Below the pieces are notes generated by a model. That model searched no databases and was not told the DNA's origin. It saw nothing but the letters and a program-made list of their open reading frames with translations. This document shows, one piece after another, positions 37,648 to 48,800 of a stretch of DNA of 64,000 nucleotides; within the stretch, counting starts at the first letter, position 1; each line of letters starts with the position of its first letter. Source of the stretch: Lama glama. Lineage: Eukaryota. Both the position numbers and the translations under genes were made by a program. Location of the stretch: NCBI GenBank assembly GCA_028534125.1, contig CM052849.1, positions 3,224,001 to 3,288,000 on the forward strand. Direction: 5' to 3'.

Positions 37648-40039
37648 CAAAGTTCAAAAATAGGCAAAACTAAGGTATGACGTGGAAAGTCAGATTAATG
37701 ATTGTTTTTGAGGGACAGGAAGTGGAAGGGTGCACTACCGGGAGGGCTCCTGGGTGCTGGTCATCTTCTGTTTCCTGAGCTGGGTGCTGGTTATATGGGT
37801 GTATTTGGTTTGCAAAAAATAATCAAGCTATAAATCTATGACTGGTTGCATTAGTCTAGATTCTCTAAGAGCAGATGCCAAATGGGATAAAATGTGCATA
37901 GGACTGACTGGGGAAAATTCTGAGTGTAAAGGGAGAGGGAACCAGAGGAACCAAGCCCTGGTCTTTCATTATCGGTCTGCAGGGCACTCACACAACTTGG
38001 CAACAACCAATCCACCTTCTTTATCTTCATAGGCATTGTTCACCACTCTTCAGTATCCTTCAAATACCGCAATCAGTGCACCTGCCACAGACCTTCCCTC
38101 CACTCGGATATTTTCCCAGGTCACCACCAGTGAAATCTTTTGCAACTAAGCTGCCACCTTGCACCATGGACTCTCTATGCCCACCTACCAACTGGGCTGG
38201 CACCTCTGTGCTTGCCAAGCTGTGAGTGAGCCAGTTTCAGATGCCCATTTTATCACGCGTTTAATGGTCTAAGGACAATTACTAGTACCATTTGTATTAC
38301 CTATGTTCCGCAGTAAGCAGATGCCAAGACAGGGTGAATGTGCAAAAGTTTTTTGGGAAAACGTCTATGAGGGAAATGGAAGGGAGCTGGAAGCTGGGAA
38401 AGCAGGAGTCAGCAATGTAGGTCTGACCCCTGTTCCCTCTGCAGAGGGCCTGAAATGTGCATTTCATGGCTAGCACATTTGTCCACTGTTCTGTACGCCT
38501 GTTATATTTCAATAACAAGATCTTCAAAGTCAGTAAGGAGGAAAAATTTAAATAGACAAGGAACAAGCTTAGACTTTTGGACACAGGTAGAACCTTTCAC
38601 TCAAGGGCTCCTGAGATATTCCTAGGTACCAGGTGCTTCACATGGTCATCTCACTTACTCCTCCCTTGAAATGTGGCTACTGTGATGAAGGGACTTAATT
38701 TTTACTTGATTTTATTTTAAATTTACATCGTCACACGTGGCTGGGGGCCATACTGGATGATGCAGGTTAGAGGCTTCATTCTTCATTATTATTACCCCAG
38801 TAACAATCCCAACACCTTAATTTTTCCAGCACTTCATGGTTTACAAAGCATTTTACTATATTACTCTTCCATGATCCTCATGGCATTTCTTTTCCAAGAG
38901 TCTATGGGGAAATGTAATCTCAGCAATGAACAATGTGAAAAGGAAATTAAGAAAAGTTGCAGTTGTCACCTTTCCCGATTTCAAAACCTACTGCAAAGTG
39001 ACTGTGAGCAAAACAGTGTGGCATGAGGATATACGTATAGACCAATGGGACAGAATTGAGAGAATGGAAATAAACCCTCAAATATACAGTCAGGTGATTG
39101 TTGACAAGTTACCTGTGTCATCATCTTTTTTTCCCGCTCTCTTCAGAGACGATGTTCATACATTTATAAAACTGTTCAATTATCTCGTCACATTATGCAT
39201 TCCACCCTGGGATTCCGCTGACCCCCAAAGTGTTTTTTTTTTGTTTATCTGCATACATAATTCAGTCTTTGTGCTGTGACATTCTATGAGTTTTGGCAAA
39301 TGCATAGGGTCATATATCATCCCAGATAGAATAGTTTCATCACCTAAAACAACCCTGTGCTTCATCAATTCAACCCTCCCTCCTCCCTCCCATTGACCTT
39401 CTGTCAACCATTGATCTTATAACTGTCCTTAGTTTTCCTTTTCCAGAATGTTATAAAACTAAAATCTTACAATACGTAGTATTTGTAGACTGGCTTTTTT
39501 TTTTCACTTAGCAAATATGCATTTAAGATTTTCCATATCTTTTCATGGACGATAACTCATGAAACATACCACTGTGCGTTTACCCATTCATCGATTAAAG
39601 GACACCTTGGTTGCTTCTAAATTTTGACAATTATGAATAAAGCTGCTATAAATATTCCCAAGGAAGTTTTGTGTGAACATTTAGTATTCACGTCAATTGA
39701 GCAAATACCTAGAAGTGTCATTGTTGGGTTGAATGGTAAGGCCCCATCTATCTTTGTAAGAAATTGCCACACTGCCTTCCAAAGTGGCTGTACCACTATT
39801 ATCCATTTTTTAAAAACAATTTAAAAATATCTAGATCGACGACTCTATGCAGTTGGTGTTGCCCTCATTTTACACGCGAGGAAGAGAGGTACAGCGAGGT
39901 GAAGTGGCCTGTAGCTTGGCAGTAAGACCAGGTGTGTCTGCCTGCAGCCTGGGTTCTTCACCACAATGGTATTGGAGGATCGGTATTTCACAAAGCATTC
40001 CGTGAGTGGACGGCTGTAATGGTTAAAAATCTCTTCCCT

Positions 40040-41150
40040 TCAGCCCGGAATCCGGCGGCGGCGGGAGCGCTGCGAGCGAGAGGTGCGGAGGGGAGGGCGG
40101 GCGACTCTGGCAGTGACTGTGGCGGCAGTGATCGCCCCGCTGTGGGAGGCTATGGGAGCGCGCGCATCCTCTGGGTATCCAGCGCGCGGCGGCTCGGAGT
40201 GACCTGCCCCGGTGCTGTAGGGACAGGCCATGGAGCAGTTACTCGCTGAAGACCCCCGGGACCCACTGGTCTTGGCCCGTGGCTCGCCGTGCCTCTCCCA
40301 GGCTCCGAGGGCGCGGAAGAGGAGCCGTACTCCGAAGCGGGAGTAGCAGCATGCGGACAGGGGGAGGCGCTGGATAGGCGCGCCGGTGGCTCCCTTGGCT
40401 AGGGCTCTGCTTCTGGACGGCGGGCTGCGGCTGCCCGAGGTAAGCGGCGGGCTGAGCGAGCGGGGCGATTGAGCGGGACCTGCAACCATGGCGCTGGCCC
40501 CCGAAGTTACACCCTGCACCTCTCCGCGCGCCGAGCCCAACGGGACGGGACTCGGGCGGAGGACCTCCGAGGGGACCACTGCCTCCCACCCCAAGTTCGC
40601 GATCATCGTCAATCCTACAGGTTGCTGGGACGGGGCCCCTGCCCTTCCTTTACTCTGGTCGCTTGCTCCATTTTCCAAGCCCTCCCCAACTGCTGCAGAC
40701 TGGAGTCCCCACCTCTTCACTCCAGTCTCGCTCTCCCCAGACCTCTCCACTTTCTTCCGAGGCTAGATCGTTCGTGGATGGGCGTCTGTAGGGGTGTCTG
40801 AGAGTTCCTGGGGAGAGGGGCCGGCTGATGGGAGTCTCTGCAGGGGAGGCTTGACTAGAGAGGTGCCTTTTCCCTTCGGTAAGCAGCATCCAGGCTGAAG
40901 TCCTCCAAGCTTGACACCCCTCCAGCGACACCAGCCTGAGGTCCTAGGCAGCAGTGGGCTTCCTTTGGAGGAGGCCGTGTGTGTACGGGGAGCTCGGGAG
41001 AGCTGCGTGCACCATTCGCTTTTAACTGCGCCTGCAGTGCCCAGCCGGGTCAGCAATTGGTCCCAGGCGGCTCACCCGGAGCCTCCTCTCCCTGCCCGGT
41101 GCCCGACCCAGCTCGCGAAAGCGGTGTCCGCTGAGCGGCAGGGAAACCAC
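40040..41150. promoter_or_regulatory. Orphan CpG island between TCN2 and PES1
   Basis: Abrupt shift from AT-rich repeats to CpG-dense unique sequence; not at the 5' end of any recognised gene here. Confidence 0.8.
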
Positions 41151-44120
41151 TGCTTCTTTCTGACTTAGAAACGTAGACCCCATTTTTCCTGGATCCTCTG
41201 GATTCCAGAAGAGTGAAATTTTGCAGCTGGTTTCAGCTCCACCTTGAGTGAAGACAGAGCACATCAACTTAAAGATAAAACCCGCAGACTTGTTTTGAAG
41301 ATGATCAGACACAACGTGACATATAGCTTTACCATGGAAATCGTCAGGGAGCTTCTCCTTCCCGCTCTTCTTTACCTTTTCCTGGGTGTCATACATTAGG
41401 CTTAGCATTTGTAATTGCATCAAATGATTCACCTAATGCTTGTCTGGCGAGAGGTGAAATTGATCTTTCCACCTCACCTCTGCTCTGCTGGCTACCTTGA
41501 ACATATTGTGAGTAGCTAGGAGACAGAAAAGGGCAGAAAGGGGAGAGGACGATCAGAAATGAACCAATATAATCTCATTTTTATAAAAAGCTACCAGTGT
41601 GTTAAAAGGAGTTGTGCTGTCTGAAATGAACAATTTAAAAAAAGATGGATAGAGGCTTTCCCTTTTATGATCCTATTCAGTGGCTATTTACATTTCATTT
41701 CCTGTGAAGTTTTTCACCCCCCACAATGGAGCAGGTTTTTTAAAAAGCAGGAAAGGTTTAAAAATGAGCTTCAGGGATTGACCACACTAGGTTACAGTGA
41801 AGCAGAGTTCTTTTGCTTGCTGGAAGAAGCACCAGCTTCAGCCATTTATTTTACTACAGAGGATGCCTCCTTGCAAAGTCAGCTCTGAGTTGTTTTTAAT
41901 ACACTGTCATGGGGGAAAGGGGGCCTTTTCTTTTCTGAATGTTGAGCTAAATGTCTGAGTCCCAACTTAACTGTTCTCTGCTGAATACCTAATGGTGATT
42001 GACTCCCTGTCCTGACCCCTGGAATTTGGTTGATGGGGCTGTCTTGAAGCCAGCTTGAAACCAGAGTGAAGGGGACCTGCCAAAAGCCTCTTAGATGGAG
42101 CTTTGCTGGCTGTGAAACTAAGGCTAGCACCTCTTGTCTGCAAGCTGTTCTTCAAAGGACTCCTAGAAAACATACTGCACACTCTGCAGGCTTATTTACA
42201 ACAAATGTCTTGCACAGATCGTAGTAATGTTCAGGACACATGGAATGGAGCAGTACATCTGACTAATATTTCCCATGTAATATTTTACTTTCTGGGGAAG
42301 GAAGCCCATGACCCTTAGCATCTGTCAGAGGTTCCCCAAGAAAGGAACGGTAAGCAGCCTGGAAATCTTGAGAAGCCCATGCACCTGGCTTTGGACAGTT
42401 GGATGCAATGGGAGTTTTCAGAACAAATGGTGTGTTTCAATGTTCCTTAAGTTCTCCCAGCCCAGGAAGGTTCCCATTCCTTAAAAGCCAGAAGAGGTGC
42501 ACTCTGGGGACATGTTTGCTGAGTAGTCTTACCACACTCTCAGCGTTGGCCCTACATTGTTCTTACATATGCAAATAATTTTTTTTTTTGTTCTGAAAAA
42601 TAAAAATCTCTTCCCTTTACAGAACTAAAATCTGCCTCACTTGGTCCTGGAGTCACATTAACAGTTTCCACAAAACAGAGAGAAGGGAACTGAGTGTTGG
42701 GTGCCCCGGCCTGTCCACAACTCATTAGGCAGTGGCATGTGATTTCAGCAGCAGGCCCTGCGACAAGGCTGCCTAGTCAAAAGTCCGTTTTCTACTACTC
42801 ATCAGCTGAGTGACCTTTGGGTGAGTCTCTTCCCTTCCCTGAACCTTAGTTTCCTCACCTATAATACCTGGTACCTATTTTGAGTTCCAGACCTGAAAGT
42901 ACAATTACTTTCCTAGACACCTCCACCCGTGTCTTTCACTGACCCCTCCAAATCAACATGAGCAAAACAGGGTACCTCCTGTGCAGAACCAGCTACAAGA
43001 TTTGCAAGGGCGCAGCGTGAAATCAAAGTGCAGAGCGCCTTCTTAAAACATTAGGAAGAATTCAAGACAGCAGTGGAGCAGTAGATCAAGCACAGGGCCA
43101 TGGGTGACTGGGCCGGCCAGGTCACACGCCCCATGACACTGGCCTTGCTCCTGTGTTCCTTTGATGAACCAGCCACTGCTGTCCCCTTAGGTCCTTCCCT
43201 CTCCTCTTGCCCGGTCACACCCTCCATGCTCCCATCATAATGGACTTCTGTCATTCTCTGAATGTCCCAAACTTTTGCCTCTGGCCTGGATAATCTTTCT
43301 CCTTTCTCTTTGCCAGCCCCTCTCCTTTTATCCTCAGATCGTTTCTGAAACACTGCACGGTCTTCTGCTGTGAGCACCACATGACCCTAGTTTTCCTCAC
43401 ACCTCTCTGGCAAATTCCTTCCAAGTCTTCACAAGCTCGCTGTCCCCAACCTGGTTTTCATTTTACTCCATTTTTCATTGTTTGTAGAATCACTAGGTTT
43501 TTATTTTGTTTTAGCTTTAATTGAAAGTAGATAATAAAAAATGCATTGTTCAAAACAAGCACGTTAGTCACTGCTTAAAGTCTGTATCCGTCTCTAAAGG
43601 GTAAGTTCTATGACCATGAACTTGGGTCCGGTCTCATTCACAAGGACCTCAAATTTAAAATTTAGAGGCAATCTCCAAATGGAGTTGAGAGGCCTGAAGG
43701 AAGAAAACATCAAACAACCTTACAAAATTTTGTCTACTTCCTAGACCACACCACCTTGGTGTGACTATTTGTATAAATCTTGTAATTATCCTTTGAGGAA
43801 CACAATAAGGAATCTGCGTACATATATTAAAAGCTCAAACGCGTTAAACGTACATTTAAAAATACACCACGAATTCTGTAACTCTACTTGGCGTTTCGTC
43901 AGTTTTCAACCTACCGCTAAGGCTCAGAAAGTAAGTGGTCTCTCAGGCCTCTCCACCTATGTGAGGATAAAAGCCTGCTTTTGCTCTATTTATTCCAGTA
44001 TCAGCGAATGGACCAAAGGAAAAGCCAACGGCCAGCGGCGAATCGAGCGCAGCCTCCCTTACCGCCCCTGGTGGCCGCTTCTCAAGTCAAAAGAACCAGG
44101 TTCCAACGACACCAGCAACC

Positions 44121-44134
44121 GTTTCCGTGGCAAC
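44121..44134. promoter_or_regulatory. RFX X-box
   Basis: GTTTCCGTGGCAAC (reverse complement GTTGCCACGGAAAC), close to the palindromic RFX consensus GTTGCCATGGCAAC. Confidence 0.7.
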
Positions 44135-44244
44135 GCAATTCACGCGGCCTCACTGAGGAGTGCGGCTCCTCTCTGCATCCCAGAAGGCGCTGCGCTGCCT
44201 CTAAGCCTTCCGCCCCCTTCCATCCCAACATGCAATGGGGCTCA

Positions 44245-44252
44245 TGACGTCA
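44245..44252. promoter_or_regulatory. Full CRE (CREB/CREM site)
   Basis: Perfect TGACGTCA palindrome with its CpG retained. Confidence 0.65.
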
Positions 44253-44439
44253 AACGTTCGTTATCAGGATGATTATAGAAATGCCTGAATAGCCGCCTTC
44301 GCTTAAACATTAAAAATGTACGTAATAAGCTCATGTGTAAGAAAAGTCCCAAAGAGCGGCCTTAGTGATTTTTTCCAGAGGTTTTAGTTTTAAATCTTGA
44401 CAAGAAAATCCCATCTTTCCCTAGATTCTCTCAGGCACC

Positions 44440-44560
44440 TCCTTGGGCAGCCCGCGCAGGCCGGCAGCGTTGGGGACCTCGGGGTCCTAGGCAGGGCACA
44501 TGCGGGGGGAAGTGGCGCTGTCTGTCCGCGCGGCGGTTGTAAACCCTTCAGCGTGGAGCC
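44440..44560 (+). promoter_or_regulatory. PES1: PES1 core promoter / 5' UTR
   Basis: CpG-rich; E-box CACATG at 44497-44502 and ETS-type GGAAGT at 44508-44513, just upstream of the ATG. Confidence 0.65.
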
Positions 44561-44584
44561 ATGGGAGGCCTAGAGAAAAAGAAG
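44561..44584 (+). CDS. PES1: PES1 (pescadillo ribosomal biogenesis factor 1) exon 1
   Basis: gccATGg Kozak; MGGLEKKK|gtgaag; 24 nt. Confidence 0.93.
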
Positions 44585-45586
44585 GTGAAGAGCGAGAGGC
44601 CTCGGTGGGAGTGTCGGTAGGGGGGTGCTCCGGGATGTAAGAGACAGGACCAGCAGAGCCTGGGGACTGCTCCTTTCCCCAGCCTTGGTCCCTCGTAGGT
44701 GTAGAAGCGGCTGGGATCAATGCGACATGAGACAGTAGCCAGAAGGGGTCCAAAGGTGGGCGAGGGCGGCAGTTACTCCTCCGGTGAAATCCAGGATAGA
44801 ATTCTAGAGTAGAGCTGTGTAAGAGAGTTGAGGTTACCAAGCAAAGCTGCACGCCCCCAGTCAGGCCGAGCCAAAAGACCGTTTACTGAAAGACTGATGA
44901 ATATTTCGTAGAGCCCACCATGATGTCCATTTTATCATTTCTAAAACTTGTTACTCCCTTTTCTACTGAACCAGGCCCTGTCCTAGACACGGGGGATGGA
45001 GACATAAACAATCAGATGTGGTCCCTGCATTCCCCAAGCTCATTTTCTGGTGGGGGAGATGGACAGTAAAGTAAGCAATCAGATAAGATGATCACTGACA
45101 AGCCTGGCAGGGGAAACTAAGTGCCAGGAATCTTAGTTGGGAAAGGGTCGCTGTGTGCAAGGAATCGGAAGGACGTCAGGATGGCTGGGGTATAGTAAAC
45201 CAGGGGAAGAATGGTATCTAGTGTGGTTGGGGTTGGACAAGGACCAGGTCATACAAGGCCTGTCAGGCACAGTGAGGAGATTGGCTTTTATTCAAAATGC
45301 AGTAGGAATCAACTACTTCTAAGTGCTTCGCATAGCACCAGATCCACAGCAACCCTGTGGTCCCTGAATCATGCAGATGTATGTGTCCTCTGTGCTGACA
45401 GCTGAAGATAGTGCAGGAGAGCTCCTTCAGGCATGTGGGCTCCCTCCCCATGGTGTTTTTTGTCCCAGGAGCCTTTTCGCCACTTATCCAAGGTGATAGT
45501 TGCCTCTGGCATGAGGAATATCCAGAGATTGCTGTCTATCACTGCAATCATTGCTAATGGAGAATTGTTTTTTTTTCCTCCCCAAG

Positions 45587-45666
45587 TATGAGCGAGGCTC
45601 TGCCACCAACTACATCACCCGAAACAAAGCCCGGAAGAAGCTGCAGCTCAGCCTGGCCGACTTCAG
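45587..45666 (+). CDS. PES1: PES1 exon 2
   Basis: [26 protein letters not shown]; aag| ... |gtgagg; 80 nt. Confidence 0.96.
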
Positions 45667-46115
45667 GTGAGGTTGGAGAGGAGAGGGGGACCTCTGGATG
45701 CCTGGGCAGTGCATTACGCAGCTAAAACTCAGCCACACCCCTGTCTAAGCTGCACTGCTACAGACTCTGTTTGGGATTCTGATGTTCCTCCTCTTTCTTG
45801 CCTGGCCTTGCTTTGGTGAGCTGTGCTTTGCCAACTGTGGTCCATGGGGAATCTGGAGCACTGGGTCATGCTGCCCTTAGTCATCAGAATGGACCTGCTG
45901 GTACTATGCACTCTCCCCCATCCTCTCCCTTCTGGCAGTAGAGACCCCTTAATCTTGCAGCTGGGGGTTCTCAGCACCTCAGAGAGTGAAGTCCAGACTC
46001 CTCCACAGCCTGTGGGTCCTACCGCCTGGCCCACTTCTCATCTTCCAAGCATACCCAGCACTTTCCAGTCTTACTGCCTTTGTCCTTCTGAGGATGCTCT
46101 TCCCTCTGCCCTTTA

Positions 46116-47972
46116 TAGGCAGACCTCAGAGATACTGTGATTTGGTTTCACTGCAGTAAAGTGAATGTCACAGTGAAGCAAGGCATGTGAATGTTTTGGT
46201 TTCCCAATGTGTAAGAGTTATGTACTGTATTATATACTGTACCATAGTCTATTAGGTGTGCAACAGTATTATGTCTAAAAAGCAATGTCTTAACTTAAAA
46301 TATTTTGCTGGTAAGAAATGCTGATCGTTTTCTGAGCTTTCAGGGAGTCATCATCTTTTTTTACTCTTGGAGGGTCCTGCCTCGATGTTGATGGCTGCTG
46401 AGTGATCAGGGTGGTGGTTGCTGAAGGTTGGGCTGTGAGTGACAACTTCTTAAAATAGGATAACAATGAAGTTTGCTGCATTGACTGACTCTTCCTTTCA
46501 TGAACGTTTCTCTGTAGCACCCAGTGCTGTTTGATAGCATTTTACCCATAGTGGAGCTTCTGTCAAAATTTGACTTAATNNNNNNNNNNNNNNNNNNNNN
46601 NNNNNNNNNNNNNNNNNNNNNNNNNNNNNNNNNNNNNNNNNNNNNNNNNNNNNNNNNNNNNNNNNNNNNNNNNNNNNNNNNNNNNNNNNNNNNNNNNNNN
46701 NNNNNNNNNTAAGAAGCAGCTCCTCACCTGTTAAAGTTTGATCATGAGGTTGGCGCAGTTCAGTCCCACCTCAGNNNNNNNNNNNNNNNNNNNNNNNNNN
46801 NNNNNNNNNNNNNNNNNNNNNNNNNNNNNNNNNNNNNNNNNNNNNNNNNNNNNNNNNNNNNNNNNNNNNNNNNNNNNNNNNNNNNNNNNNNNNNNNNNNN
46901 NNNNNNNNNNNNNNNNNNNNNNNNNNNNNNNNNNNNNNNNNNNNNNNNNNNNNNNNNNNNNNNNNCCTCTTCAGAAGGCTTTCAATTGACTTTGGCCAGA
47001 TCTGTCAGAGGAATCACTATCTATGGCAGCTACAGCCTTATGAAATCTATTTCTTAATTAGTAAGACCTGAAAGTTGAAGTTAGTCCTTGATCCACAGAC
47101 TGCAGAATGGATATTTTGGTAGCAGGCATGAAAACAACCTTGCAGTTTCTATATCAGTATTTGCTGCTCACCCTTCTCCTCATGAACCAATCTCAGCTGG
47201 CATCACACTTTTTCCTGCAGCTTCCTCACCTCTCTCAGCCTTCATAGAATCAAAGAGAGCAGGGCCTTGCTCTGGATTAGGCTTTGACTTAAGGGGATGT
47301 TATAGCTCATTTGNNNNNNNNNNNNNNNNNNNNNNNNNNNNNNNNNNNNNNNNNNNNNNNNNNNNNNNNNNNNNNNNNNNNNNNNNNNNNNNNNNNNNNN
47401 NNNNNNNNNNNNNNNNNNNNNNNNNNNNNNNNNNNNNNNNNNNNNNNNNNNNNNNNNNNNNNNNNNNNAGCTTTCAACCTGTCTTGGCTCTCAATGTGCC
47501 TTCGTCACCAAGCTTAATCATTTCTAGCTTTTTATTTAAAGTAGGGGACGTGTGACTCTTCCTTCCACTTGAACACTTAGAGGCTGTTGTGGGGTTATNN
47601 NNNNNNNNNNNNNNNNNNNNNNNNNNNNNNNNNNNNNNNNNNNNNNNNNNNNNNNNNNNNNNNNNNNNNNNNNNNNNNNNNNNNNNNNNNNNNNNNNNNN
47701 NNNNNNNNNNNNNNNNNNNNNNNNNNATATTTGCGTGATTCATGGAGCCCCCAAAATTATTATAACAACAATTTCAAAGATCACAGATCACCATACCAAA
47801 TACAATAATGATGAAAGAGTTTTGAGATATTGTGAGAATTACCAAAATGTGATACAGAGACGTGAAGTGGGCAAATGCTGTTGGACAGTGGTGCCAGTAG
47901 AGTTGCTCAGCTCAGGGTTGCCTCAGACCTTCAATGTATAAAAAAAAAACTCCATAAAATGAGGTATGCCTG
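46116..47972 (-). mobile_element. Tigger1 DNA transposon (TcMar/pogo), with N gaps
   Basis: TA-flanked TIRs (taggcagacctc / gaggtatgcctg); minus-strand peptides SKCSSGRKSHTSPTLNKKLEMIKL and ERKSQSMQQTSLLSYFKKL match the Tigger1 transposase termini. Confidence 0.9.
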
Positions 47973-48257
47973 TATGTGGCCAAAATGTTGATTTCTCAGG
48001 GAGACTTTTCCTGACTCCTCTTGCTGAAGGGAGTGCCTGCCAGTGTGGCCCCTGGCAGTATCCTGATGTTTCTTTCTGGTACTCAGGACAGTCTGCACTC
48101 TGTTTTTCAGGGAGCTCATGATTATCAGACTCTTGCACCAGGATGGGAGTTCCTTAAAGTCAGGGCGCCCATGTTCTGTGTTCCCTGCTATTTCCAGGCC
48201 CCACATGGCCAGCACTCAGCACAGGTACTGACAGAAGGAATGGCCTTTGTTTTTCAG

Positions 48258-48411
48258 ACGGCTGTGCATCTTGAAGGGCATTTATCCCCATGAACCCAAA
48301 CACAAGAAGAAGGTTAACAAGGGCTCCACGGCAGCCCGAACCTTTTACCTTATTAAAGACATCAAATTCCTCCTCCATGAACCCATTGTCAACAAGTTTC
48401 GGGAATACAAG
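48258..48411 (+). CDS. PES1: PES1 exon 3
   Basis: [14 protein letters not shown]...[15 protein letters not shown]; 154 nt; canonical splice sites. Confidence 0.96.
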
Positions 48412-48702
48412 GTGAGGCCTGGGCTCTGGGGGTCTGGGTGGGGCCCTTCGCTGCTCTGTGCAGCCCCACTAACACTGACCTTGGGCAGATTGTTTAAACT
48501 CTGAGCAAGCCTGTGTGAAGGGTGAGGTAATTCTACCTCAAAGGGATTGACTGAGATCTCAGGTGTGCAGATCATTTCCACGGGACCTGGCCAATGGTTA
48601 ATGTTTCACCTGTCATACTTTCCCCTGGTTCTTTTGGAAAAGAGTAAATTTGTTGCCTCTGAGACAGATTGTGGTCTTTCAGGGGTTCTCTGGTAGTTTT
48701 TC

Positions 48703-48800
48703 TTTTTTTTTTTTTTTTTAAATGGAGGTGCTGGGGATTGAACCCAGGACCTCACACATGCCAAGCATGTGCTCTACTGCTGAGCTCTACCCTCTTCCCC
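48703..48800 (-). mobile_element. tRNA(Ala)-derived SINE (Vic-1-like), reverse orientation
   Basis: Poly-T followed by ggggattgaacccagg...ctctactgctgagct, the reverse complement of the B and A boxes. Confidence 0.85.

Larger units (their letters stand above)
40040..44150 (-). pseudogene. Candidate unannotated multi-exon gene or decaying unitary pseudogene, divergent from PES1
   Basis: Chain of minus-strand acceptors and donors with short introns, partly preserved frames and scattered stops, plus an X-box/CRE promoter. Threaded by eye; no homologue recognised. Confidence 0.4.

Noticed and set aside
37846-38450. Two similar segments (agcagatgccaa...aatgtgca) about 450 bp apart
   Set aside because: They look like diverged fragments of the same old MaLR LTR family rather than a functional duplication.
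40040-40750. 236-aa minus ORF as a stand-alone gene
   Set aside because: Non-ATG start and CpG-island composition. An overlapping frame is equally protein-like, so it is treated only as part of the candidate spliced gene.
44062-44076. CTCF-like motif ggccaccaggggcgg
   Set aside because: One G short of the core consensus spacing; too weak to call without ChIP data.
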